A stretch of 64,000 bases of DNA from Phyllosticta citribraziliensis (lineage: Eukaryota): positions 434,001 through 498,000 of the forward strand of contig NW_027117346.1 in the NCBI RefSeq assembly GCF_038025025.1, read 5' to 3'. Both the position numbers and the translations under genes were made by a program. The notes under the pieces are model-generated. The model was not told where the DNA came from, did no database searches, and saw only the letters and a list, made by a program, of their open reading frames with translations. Below, piece after piece: positions 24,302 to 34,651 of this stretch; positions within the stretch are counted from its first letter, which is position 1, and the number at the start of each line of letters is the position of its first letter.

Positions 24302-24537
24302 TATAAATCGCCGCTTCAGCGCCGGTCACTCCTCTCCTCTCCACTCCACTCCACTCCACCCCACTCGAGTGAAGTCACCCCAGACCTCCCTCATCTTCGC
24401 GGTCTGAATATCCCTCCTCGAGATCACCTCAAGTCAACCCGGCGTGCTGCAATCTCCAACACACCTCGACGGTAAGTCGATCCTTGCACCACCTCTCCCT
24501 CACCCATGTAGCTGACCAGCTGTCTTCTTGACCTCAG
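24302..24537 (+). promoter_or_regulatory. TATA box, CT-rich initiator region and 5'-UTR intron upstream of the Gag-like ORF
   Basis: TATAAA at 24302, a (CTCCA)n pyrimidine tract ~24328-24366, donor GTAAGT 24472, branch GCTGAC 24511 and acceptor CAG at 24537 (alternatives at 24519 and 24556). Confidence 0.5.
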
Positions 24538-24687
24538 GTGGTCCTGTCCCTCGCAGGTACCTTCTGACAGCTTGCTTCATCAACACTGTCGCCTCCGCTG
24601 CTGTCTGCTCTTATTGGGTTGCGCAGCCGTCCGACACATCACCCCTGGCCGTGATCTACCAGACCAACAACGATCGTCGAATTCACT

Positions 24688-25731
24688 ATGCTCCAACCCA
24701 AAATGAAGGATCTTGAGGAGATGAAGGCCCAGTACGAGGCTCATGGACCTGCATTTGACAAGCCCAATCAGGCTTCGGATTGCGCGAACGTTTCAAACAG
24801 CGAGCAGCAGGCGTATGTCGAGGAGGCAAAGGCAACCATCGTTAGTCTCGAGAACCAGCTCAAGGAGGCAAAGGCAATCATCGTCCGTCGTAACAGGCAG
24901 CTCGATGCAGGAGAGAGAACCAGCAGCCGTCTCGGAAAGCAGCTCGATGCCGAAGAGGCAACTAACTACAGTCTCAGAAAGCAGCTCCAGAACGAAAAGT
25001 CCACCACCATCAGTCTCAAGAGGCAGCTTCAGGATGAAGAGGCAACCAATATTAGTCTCGGAAAGCGGCTCAAGGACGTGAAGGCAGCAAGCATCAGTCT
25101 CGAAAAGCAGCTCCAGGACGAAGAGCCAACCACCATTAGTCTTGAGGAGCAGCTTCAGGACGAAGAGGCAACCGACGTCAGTCTCGGAAAGCAGTTCCAG
25201 GACGAAAATCCAACCGCCATGAGCCTTGAGGAGCAGCTTCAGGACGAGGAGGCAACCAAAGCCAGTCTCGAAAAGCAGCTCCAGGACGAAAAGTCACCCA
25301 CCGACAGTCTCGAGAAGCAGGTCCAAGACGTCGCATCTTCCGACGCCACCAGGCCGCAAATCGAACGCGCCCCTCGCCCATTCTGCTTCAACGGCAACTC
25401 CATCGACTGGCGCGAGTTCAAGCTGAAAATGCGCTCCAAGATGCAGCTCGACGGCCACCTCTATCCCACCGCCAACGACCGCTGGATGTACGTCATGAGC
25501 CAGCTCATGACCCGGCTCAAGGCCGATGCTTTTGACGAATTCTGCTCGTTCTTAAAAGATGGCACTATCAGCATTCCTGACAAGCCTCACGGCGACTTCG
25601 AGGACTTGCTCCAGATCCTTGAGAATGTTTTTGACCCCCCGCCCCGCTCGCGCACGGGTGACAGTTCTCGAAGGGCTCGTGGAAGGGGACGCAATTCTCA
25701 CAGGCGTCCGTACCCTTCCGATGTTTTCTAA
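24688..25731 (+). CDS. 347-aa protein: tandem coiled-coil repeats + retrotransposon Gag (capsid)-like domain + Arg-rich tail
   Basis: PFCFNGNSIDWREFKLKMRSKMQLDGHLYPTANDRWMYVMSQL...FEDLLQILENVFDP resembles the fungal Ty3/gypsy Gag pattern (PxxFxG...F...KL......P....R..Y..S.L...F..L...L...F.DP). The ORF is uninterrupted. Confidence 0.7.
   Translation: MLQPKMKDLEEMKAQYEAHGPAFDKPNQASDCANVSNSEQQAYVEEAKATIVSLENQLKEAKAIIVRRNRQLDAGERTSSRLGKQLDAEEATNYSLRKQLQNEKSTTISLKRQLQDEEATNISLGKRLKDVKAASISLEKQLQDEEPTTISLEEQLQDEEATDVSLGKQFQDENPTAMSLEEQLQDEEATKASLEKQLQDEKSPTDSLEKQVQDVASSDATRPQIERAPRPFCFNGNSIDWREFKLKMRSKMQLDGHLYPTANDRWMYVMSQLMTRLKADAFDEFCSFLKDGTISIPDKPHGDFEDLLQILENVFDPPPRSRTGDSSRRARGRGRNSHRRPYPSDVF
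24844..25347 (+). repeat. 12 x 42-bp (14-aa, two-heptad) intragenic tandem repeat, consensus SLEKQLQDEEATxx
   Basis: Units run in exact 42-bp phase from AGTCTCGAGAACCAG at 24844 to AGTCTCGAGAAGCAG at 25306. Confidence 0.95.
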
Positions 25732-25987
25732 TTGCCCGCCCATGTGAGAACGCGGAGGGGCGATGACGGCGATCGAAAGGCGAGGGGCTGCACAAAAGGA
25801 GCAAAAGAGGTTGTCGAAAGAGACCCAATGCATGCTCTATGGGTCTAGCTGCGGCGGTGGAGGACAGCTTCCAACGAATGACTGTGGCAGCGGCGGAAAG
25901 TTCCTTGCCCTCATTTGCGTTGATGAATGGGTGCTCCACCGACACGGCCAAAGGTACCAGGAGACACCATTTCTTTTGCCAGCCACT

Positions 25988-26303
25988 GTGGGAGGTCCGG
26001 TATTGGTGCGTGGCATTTGGCAGGCTTTTGGATTTACACTTTTCTTCACACCCATGGTGGGAGGTCCGGCATTGGTGCGTGGCACTTGACTGGCTTTTGG
26101 ATTCACACTCTTTTCTTTCCCTTTTTTTTCTTTTCCGTCCAAGACCGACGACAAAATTGGGGCCGGAGAGGGATTACTCGGCCAAAAAAAGGGTGGGGAG
26201 TGGACATTCGGTCGAAAGGCTTCTGGATACACACTTCTTCCCTATTCCGTCCAATGTTGACGATAAAATTGGGGTTGGGGAGAGATTACTTGGACAACAA
26301 AAC
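25988..26303 (+). repeat. Nested degenerate direct repeats downstream of the Gag-like ORF
   Basis: GTGGGAGGTCCGGYATTGGTGCGTGGCAYTTG..GGCTTTTGGATTYACACT at ~25988 and ~26057; GACGAYAAAATTGGGG..GGAGAG.GATTACTYGG at ~26147 and ~26259; a third GGCTTCTGGATACACACT at 26218. Confidence 0.75.
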
Positions 26304-26724
26304 GACGGGGAGGGGAAACTTGGTCGAGAACTTGGAAGAGACTTCTTTTGACGATGAGAAGCTTTCGGATCTTGGGCATCCAGAGAGACAGAAGCTAGTG
26401 GAAGACGGATTCATCATCTGACAATTGCTTTTCGTGTGCGATACCTCCTTGCAAAATTTGAAACTTGAGTCTCCCCGGATGAAAAGAGTCGCTCGTAGCA
26501 GTCTGGCGTCGTGCGTACTTGGAATGTCTACGTTTCTGTTTTGTTCGACCTACACAGCAAGACGTCAAGTCAAGCACACGAGCAAGCAGATATGCAGCTA
26601 ATTGAGTTGAAAACCCTCAAAAAGCCAGGTGAACGGAGTAACCCACCCAAAACAAAACACCCGTGTATGCTCAAAACCGTTTTTGCAACCCACCATTTCC
26701 CATTTCCATTCTACCACCCGTCAC

Positions 26725-28701
26725 TCACATCTCAAGCGTAGCGATTCTGCCTCCAACTTCGCCATCCCTGGCCCACAGACCTTGCGCCACCCTCTCTCGC
26801 ACCATCTCCAGGTAGCTGGCACGGCCGGGCACCGCGTCATCATCCGCACACTGCTCCAGGCGGCGCATGATTATCTTGAGCGCTTCAAACTTGCGCAGCT
26901 GTACCTGGTACGCCGTCGTCTCAGCCTCGCCGCGGCCGCCGACCAGATTCGTGAAGCGGGGCGCCGGGCGCAAAAGGCAGGGCAGGATGGGGTTTCCTGG
27001 GCGCAGGATGCAGGCCAGACCGGTGGACGGGAAGTTGGAGGGCACGGGGATTGTGGATGACGCTGAGGTGGACCAGTTGGCTGTTGCGACGGCTTTGACA
27101 AAGTCGAGGGCGGCGATGGCGGTTTCCTTGAGCGCCAGGGTCTCGGCGCATTGGGTGATTTCGGAGGCGAAGCCCGAATTGTCGGTGGTGTAGAGGTAAT
27201 AGAGGATGCGGGCGGCGTTGCTTTCGGCCTCGATGCGTCCAGGAGCGGTTGCGCTCGAGTTGGGAGTAGCAACCGGCGCGGGAAATGTGATTTCTTTAGA
27301 TGTGTCGGGCCCGTGGAAGACGGTGGCGAGAGTGCGTAGTGCGTCAGCATTGGTGTGGCGATTCAGGGGGACCAACGCAAGAGGTTTTGAATCCCAGAGC
27401 GCCTCGGATTCGGGCAAAAGCGTTGCGCGGGGGAGCGATGAGAGGACATGCAAGTCGTGGATGGGAGACTCCCCGTGTGCCCACTGTGTGGTTTTTACTT
27501 GGCTCAAGACGTCCATGATCCGGGCGAGGACTCGCTTTCTAATGGGGCCACTTGTTTCGAAATCAGAAGGATAGGTGGATGCGTACTTGGAGAGGTAGTT
27601 TGCTGTAGGCCGGTAGAGGTAGGAGACTTCAAATGTTGGGTGAGATTTGGGATCAATGTAGTAGCTAAGAGTGCGTTCGTGAAGGCCAGTAGACTTGAGG
27701 TATTCAAGGGCAATGGACTCGTGATGAGATGCAACCGACTTGGAGGGCTGATTGCAAGCCTTGAGCAGGTCTGAGAAGAAGTCCACGAGACTGATGTGCA
27801 TGAGCACGTCTCCGTCGTAGTCGACAGCATACAACGATATGAAGTCGAGCAGGCCGGTAGACTTGAGACCAAAGCTTTCTTCGACGTCAGGATGGTGCGA
27901 GTGGCTAATGGCACACCAGCTCAGGGTGCCAACCTTGGGCAACCACGTCATTAGCCTTGCTTGCGCTACCGTTTTCCGAGATTTACTTGGGGGAGGAATT
28001 TGGGAACGAGGGCCTTGGGCGCCGCAAAGGGCAAAGAAGAGACTGTAAACGTCCTTGTCTCCAAAGACACGTTTCCACATGAAGCCGGTGCCATAGCTTG
28101 CAGTCGCCTCTGGGCTCGGCACGGTAGCTGTAGGATCGCCATGGCCCATGGAGTTGGCGTCGGGAGCAGAGTCGATCCCGAGGACATCTGCGGGATCCTT
28201 GTCGACCTGGAGGAGCTTGAACAGGATGTGACCCGCTCTGTCGGCTACCCCGATATCTTCAGCGGCAAGCCATAGCTGGATGAGACGAGAAACAATGTCT
28301 GGGGTGCTGGCGATGAATTCGGCGTGCCTGCTACTAAAGGTGGCCTTTTCCAACAGCGACAAGGCCAGCGTGTGAAAGGGGAGGGCGGCGAGGTCAAGTC
28401 CAGCAGCAAAATCGACTGGAGGTCTTATCGATCTAAGAAAGTCAAAGTCATGGCGATCTATGAGTTTGACCAAAAGCTGGATTACGGGCGTTGGGTCCTG
28501 CTGGAGCTGCGGGAGAAGGCGGGCAAGTTGCTGAACCAAGCCCTGCGTTTCGGCCGGCTCTATCCTGAACTGGGATGAAAGAAAGGGCTGCAGGGTATCA
28601 AAGAGGGTCGTATCCAGAGGATGGGATGGATTCTGCTCGACGTCGTCAAGATGGGCAGGCAAACGCTCGAGAGTGGCCGAGACGAGATCCTGAGAGGCCA
28701 T
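26725..28701 (-). CDS. Conserved helical-repeat protein, probable Hsm3/PSMD5-like proteasome assembly chaperone
   Basis: Intronless 658-aa Leu-rich helical ORF. Motifs LQQDPTP, WKRVFGDKDVY, KTVAQARL and the terminal EVGGRIATLEM recall the Pezizomycotina HSM3-domain family (from memory, not searched). Confidence 0.65.
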   Translation of the reverse strand: MASQDLVSATLERLPAHLDDVEQNPSHPLDTTLFDTLQPFLSSQFRIEPAETQGLVQQLARLLPQLQQDPTPVIQLLVKLIDRHDFDFLRSIRPPVDFAAGLDLAALPFHTLALSLLEKATFSSRHAEFIASTPDIVSRLIQLWLAAEDIGVADRAGHILFKLLQVDKDPADVLGIDSAPDANSMGHGDPTATVPSPEATASYGTGFMWKRVFGDKDVYSLFFALCGAQGPRSQIPPPSKSRKTVAQARLMTWLPKVGTLSWCAISHSHHPDVEESFGLKSTGLLDFISLYAVDYDGDVLMHISLVDFFSDLLKACNQPSKSVASHHESIALEYLKSTGLHERTLSYYIDPKSHPTFEVSYLYRPTANYLSKYASTYPSDFETSGPIRKRVLARIMDVLSQVKTTQWAHGESPIHDLHVLSSLPRATLLPESEALWDSKPLALVPLNRHTNADALRTLATVFHGPDTSKEITFPAPVATPNSSATAPGRIEAESNAARILYYLYTTDNSGFASEITQCAETLALKETAIAALDFVKAVATANWSTSASSTIPVPSNFPSTGLACILRPGNPILPCLLRPAPRFTNLVGGRGEAETTAYQVQLRKFEALKIIMRRLEQCADDDAVPGRASYLEMVRERVAQGLWARDGEVGGRIATLEM

Positions 28702-29040
28702 TTTGTGCGCGAAGCCAATGCGGTAGCTGCAGCTCCACCCGAGTGCTCTTCCTCAACGCGATGCAAGCTTATAGTCGTGAGTGAGATGGAGATGGATGGT
28801 GTGAGATGGGGTGCGGACTTGGGAGTAGTGGTAGCGGGGCATGCCCGTCCCCCACCAAGGCGTCCGTGCACGAGCCCTGGCTTCTGGCGCTGCGCGCTCT
28901 GTCATAACTTTTTCCACCTCGTCTCGACATCACAACAATGCACAACGCGCCCCCGGGCCTCGCCTCATTGCCCACTGCCGCGCCGACCTCAATCCTCCTC
29001 GACCGGTAGCAGTCGACAATCAGCTCTCACACGGCCCATC

Positions 29041-30035
29041 ATGCCCCCGAAAATGGGCTTCTTCCCCGGAGGCGGTGCCGGCCGCGGCGCCGGCAAGATT
29101 GCGGGCGTCGATGTACCCTGGGAGGTTGACCACGACCTCAAGATTGACCACAAGCCGTCAGAGCTGTTTCCAGTAAGTCCAAGTTGTCGGTTGTGTCCGT
29201 CTCTCTTTCACGCCGCGTCATGCGACACACCTCGACCACTGCTGAGCTAGCCACATGGCTGCTCCCCGCCTTATCCTCTGTGCCTCTCAGCCCAGTCTAT
29301 CATCCACAACACAGCATGCGCACACATCATGGATACCACGAAGCAGTGTTCAAAATTCAAGGATCCGAAGCTGACGACATGCAAGCCCAGGGCGCCGCCT
29401 TTGGCACCGCCGCCTCGTCGCAATGAGAGGACCTCAGTTGCCCGCTACCGCGCCCTTCGAGAGCGCATCCACGAAGGTCCTCTCTACACCGTCCTCGGCG
29501 ACTCGTCGCGCGTCACCAAGAATCGCGGAACCCAGACGACTGCTCAAACCAACCCTTTCGAGAGCATGCCGACCTACACGCAGAAGTACAAGAAGCAGAG
29601 GCGCACGATTCCGCGTCTGGATACACGCCCATACAGTGAGTCGCCAACGCGCTCTAGGCCGAACAAGAGTTCCAACTAACTTTGGTAGTCGAGCGCTTCT
29701 TCCCGCCTGAGCTTTGGACGACACTTGATCCCGCGATGAAAGACGGAGCAAACGCCGAGGCTCGCAAGAAACGCAAGATGCTCAAAATCGCCCTCACGAC
29801 GAAGCTGTCGCGCCTCGAACAGCTCGAAGAAAACGGCAACCTCGGCCATGAAGATGACGAGGACATGGACAAGGACGACGACGACGACGACGCGCAGCAG
29901 GAGGAAGAGCAGGACGTCAACTTTGAGGACGAGGAGGAAGACGACGACGACTACAATGCCGAGCAGTACTTTGAGAACGGCGAGGACGACGACTACGGCG
30001 GCGACGACCCGGGCGGTGACGGAGAGTGGGATTGA
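29041..30035 (+). CDS. RPC31: RNA polymerase III subunit Rpc31 (exons 29041-29172, 29386-~29635, ~29689-30035)
   Basis: KPSELFP, HEGPLYT, NPFESMPTYTQKY, FFPPELW and a long acidic tail with DDDYNAEQYFENGEDD are characteristic of Rpc31/POLR3G. Confidence 0.9.
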
Positions 30036-33000
30036 ACATGGCGCGAACGGGTCTTTCTCTGGTCTTGGTGTTGCATGGCTACATGGCGTTTTGGTTCGGC
30101 GCTACAGTGCGCACTCAAGATGGCGACTTTGGCGCAACTTGCTCTTGGGAGGCGCACCTCCATCTCCATCTTCCTCTTCTGGCGCATTGGTTGCCCGCAG
30201 TGCTTGCTCCCCTCGTGTGGGGCTGGCTAGCCACTCGGTAGGAACTTGGGCACCTACACATCTGTCGAGCGACAGGAATACAAAAACCGCAGATCCGATC
30301 CGATCAGATCTGACACTTCTTCCATGCGCTGCTCACCTGGCTTACACAAGATGCCCGCGTTTCCACGTGCTGCTGCAGCGCGCTGTCCTGTCCTGCATTA
30401 CTCAACACCCCGTCCGTCCCCCTCATCCATGTCATGTCATGGACCACCCCGCATGTATCATGTGAAAACCGCACCGCTCGTCGACGATCTGGGATAGGCA
30501 AGGTAAGCGGGGAAACACGCCAAACAAACAGTGAACGCACTGCCGAGAACACCTCCACCAGCATGATACAGTTCTGCCATCCATTGTCTGTCTGCCTTCT
30601 CGCATTCATGTGCCAGCGCCGTCGACACATGTGCGAACCCCACCACCTACCTGTCCGCTGCGTTCGCTTCCCCTCCCTCTCTGCCTTTGCGATACCCCGC
30701 GGCATCGCTCGTGTGCTGCTACTGCTTGACTGCGACCCTCACGTCACAGCGAAGTCTCGGTCGCCTATCGTGGCAGCCAGGAAAGTTACGCCAAAGTGAT
30801 GGCGTGAAATGACCCGAGCGTCGGTGCAGAAGAGGACGAAGAACGGGTAGACAAGCAATGGCGAGACAGGGAAACCATGAGAGGACGCAGAGCAGCGTAG
30901 AGCAATGCGGAACCTTGCCATTGCCAGAGTCACCACTGCTTCCCTTACGTATTTTGCTATCATTTGTTTCTTTCTCAGTGAGTTGAGCTTCAGAGCTTCA
31001 GAGACAGAAGCGCGGCTTACGGCTCAGTATCCAGCACGGCTGCCAAGGCGAGATACTCATCGCAGGTACCGTACTGTATCTTGCACGGCTGATGCTTGAT
31101 TGACTTGGCGTCTCACCTCATCTCATCTCGTCTCGTCTTACTCCCCTATGTTCCGTCTCGACTCTGGGTACGCGATCAGTGGTGGTGCTGCTGCCCAACA
31201 ACCCGCCGCCCGCCGCCCGCGTGTTCCCGACGGACAAACAGAAACACTATCGCCCCAGATCCTCTCCTTCTCACTTACCATCAACCGCACAAACGCAGTC
31301 AGGGCCACCGCGGCAGTGCAAGCTTGACGAAGCCCTTCCCGCGCGCCAACTCTGCTTGTTTGAGCGAGGGGAAGGCGCAGCGGGCTAGCAGAGCAGATTG
31401 ACGGATTGACGGATTGGGCACCATTACCACGCTCACCCGCTCATCCGCCATTTCGTATCCCGAGCGATCGGAGACGGATGAGCGGGAAAGGTACGCGCAG
31501 GCGAGCGAGCGGTTTGCTGAGATTCAGGGCAGGGCAGGGCAAGGCAGGGCCGGGCGTGACGTCGGAGGGTATGGTAGGGTAAGTTGGTGAAGCAGGGCAG
31601 CCGTTGCGTGCGTGCGTGCGCGCGCGCGGTCAAACGGTCAACGGCAGGCCATTGGGCAAGGCAGACAGCTCAACGGGCAGGAAGGGGTCCCAATGGGTTC
31701 GTCAAAGTACCTTGCTCTGGAGTTGAATGGGTGGTGTGTGCGTGTAGCATAAGCCGCATCCAACACAGGCAGGCAAGCAGACAGACGTGGGTTGGACGAA
31801 ACCCGCGGCCAGTAGTGAGCAACATCTTGCAGGGGCTTTGAAGCGGCTGAAGCGAGCATCCAAGAGTTTTGCCCTGGGTTTGAGGCTAAGACGCCGTTTC
31901 GAATTTTCAGATAGAATAAACTGCCGTGTCTTGTCGACATGATTAAAGACGAATGCGAAGGGCGCGCCAGGTGTGGCTGGGAGCTATGTATAGCTCGACA
32001 CAAGAAACGAGAAACGGATAATGACGCGGATGGCGGCGTTTCAAGGCGTAGAATTAAGCGTAGACGAAAGGAAACTGCTAAGGAACGGAGAGACGATAGA
32101 TTTGCGAGTCGCGATGAAACTGCGTGTGCTATATATATTGAGAATGTGGTTGGTCTGTGGGTCGAGGAGGAGGAAAATAAGGGGGCTGGAGTTGATGGTT
32201 TGCCAGGGGGAGGCTGAAGGGAAGCAAAGAGCAAGGATCCTGGTGATGGTGGGTGTCGTGTATGTAGTGTGGTGAACATGGGCATTAGTATTTCTGTGTG
32301 AAGCAGGTCGATGACGAGAGGCCAAATTGGTACAATGAAAAGTTGTTTTTGCAATTTAAAACAGCAGGAAGCCGAGAAGCAATTACCGTGATTCTGCAGA
32401 GCTGGCGAATGGCCTCGAAGACTCGGTGATGCCACGAGCAGCGGACACCCGTCTGCCGTGCAGTAGAGGAGATGAGATGTGTACCACTCTGCATGTCTCC
32501 GCAAAGTGACCAGACGCGCGATGCGCAGCTTCACAGCGCGACGCGCCCATCGCGCGGCAGTCGAGCACGACAGGGTAGATAAGAGGAGCGCACATGAGAC
32601 TCGACCAGCAGCGCGACTACCGGGTCGAGTCGAGTCCAGTATCTCTGCTGGAGTGACGGTGGTCGAGGCCGACGCAGAGCCTCGCCGTCCCCTCACCTTC
32701 ACGATATTTTGTCGACTCCACCTCGCTCCTCGGCTGCTGCGTCGCAGTCCCCTCTTCACGATCCCATTTCGAGGATGTCGAACAACACTACACCACTTCT
32801 GGCTTTGTGCTGTTTCTGCCCAACTTGGTCCCCGATGATGGTGCTTCGCCGTCGCATCGCATTGCGTCACCAAGTTCCGGCCATGGCAGCAGCAGCACGC
32901 AGGCACCGTGGCAGGCTGCTTAACCTTAACGGCGGTCGTCTGTCATGGATAACGGGCTTTGGGCGACGAGGACGACTCAGAGGCCGGCTGGCGTTCGGCG

Positions 33001-34651
33001 GGTGTTGGCCTAGGGATCTGGCGATCGCGTGCAGGCCGTCTGGGCCGCGAGCTTAAGTGCACTTCGACGCTGTCATTGTCGCAAGCACAGTCGCCGAGTC
33101 TAATGTGGAAAGGTGCGTCTGCGCTGCCGGTTGCTGGACGGGCGTGTGCGACTTGTGCCTGCAGGTCGCAAATTGTTTCATAATATGAATGGTGTTTCTG
33201 TGCGGACCGTCGGTATTGGGCGCACCGCCGGCACTGCGGTCCTCGAAGACTCGACGACGAATTTGTCAGGTCGGCATACTGGGGAGGATTTGCCGGACGA
33301 GGGACAAAGTACCTTACGTCACAGAAGGCTGGGGAGGCCCCGGTAGAGGAGAGGAGCGGCGCGGCAGCGGGAGGTTCCTGGGGTCCGTCGCGAAGCTTGG
33401 CCCGGTTTTGCGGTTAGAGTTTGAGAAGTTTTGACGACCGAGACATTTGGCGGGAGAGAAGAGCGCGCTGGATGCGTAGACTCGGCGTCGATTCGCGGTA
33501 ATTTGCAAGCAAAATAGGACCGTGGGCATGCAATTGGTTGTGGGTGTGTTTGGCGATGTGGTCGTGGTCGTGATAGCCTCTGGCCGGGTTGGCATGTAGT
33601 GTGCTGGGTTGGGCATGCATCCTCATGAGGTGTCAGTCCAAGTGGATGCGGCGTCGGCGTCAACCACATGCAGGTGCAGAGCCCGCCAACGCTTGACATT
33701 TTACGGCATAGCTCAGGTCACGACGGCCCTGCTCAACGGTCGCTATCGTGCGGTCGGGCCGAGGCTGATGGCCTTTGAGTCGCTGTGGGTGTCCAGGTCC
33801 ATCATCAACGGCCAAGATTCCGTGACACGGCGGAGGGCCTTCACAAGTCGTTGTACAGTGCTGCCAGGGGGGAAATGAGGCCGTTGCAGCTGGAAATTAA
33901 CGTCCTGTTGTAAGAGGATAGGATAGGAGAGACGCAGCAGCATAAAGGCCTCGTCTAATTGGCCGTTGTCTTGTGCACCGACAGCGGAGAGGGCCATTTG
34001 TCGACGGCTCGACGGCGCGGCCTCTCGACAATCAACACCACGCCCGACATCCGAAGAGGTGGACTCCAGACGACCCGTCATCCTCACCGTCCCCTGCGCA
34101 ACCTCCCTCACCCGGCTGACGTGCGCTTCCTCCGCCACTGTATTGCATTGCATTGCCGTGCAACGCCCGCTGAAACAATGCACCTGTGCCGTCTGATGTC
34201 AGTCTGTCAACCAAGCACATGCCACGGCCTTGTACATCAACAGCGGGGCTCGGTGTCACGCAGCAGCACTCCAGGCCAGCACATGAGCAGAGCCCTGGAC
34301 CCCGCTACTCAGCGCTTCTGGAAGAGGAGAACCCCTGTCCCCGCCATGGTCGCACCCATGCACCCACTCTCCAGCATCAGGCCTCTTGCCCCGCTGAATC
34401 GTCCGTCCCACTGTCCTTGAAAGCGACAACATCTGCTCCACCGACTCTTATCGAGCCCGCGCCTCCTCTCCACCCTCAGCAATGACCGACGCTCCCTAGA
34501 CCTTCCAACTCACAGTCTCCACTGTCTCGAAACAAGTCGCCATGGCTGAAAGTGACCGGTCAACTGCCCCGGGCCTCGAGGTAAGTCCATGTTTATATGC
34601 TCCTCGTCCTACGCCTCGCGCGCCACCCGCCGCTCCTCTCCAGACAAAATC

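Noticed and set aside
24688..26600. Complete LTR retrotransposon
   Set aside because: No protease, RT (YxDD), RNase H or integrase motifs and no TG...CA LTR pair seen.
31638..32906. 422-aa minus-strand ORF
   Set aside because: Non-ATG start, composition typical of translated non-coding DNA and no motif.
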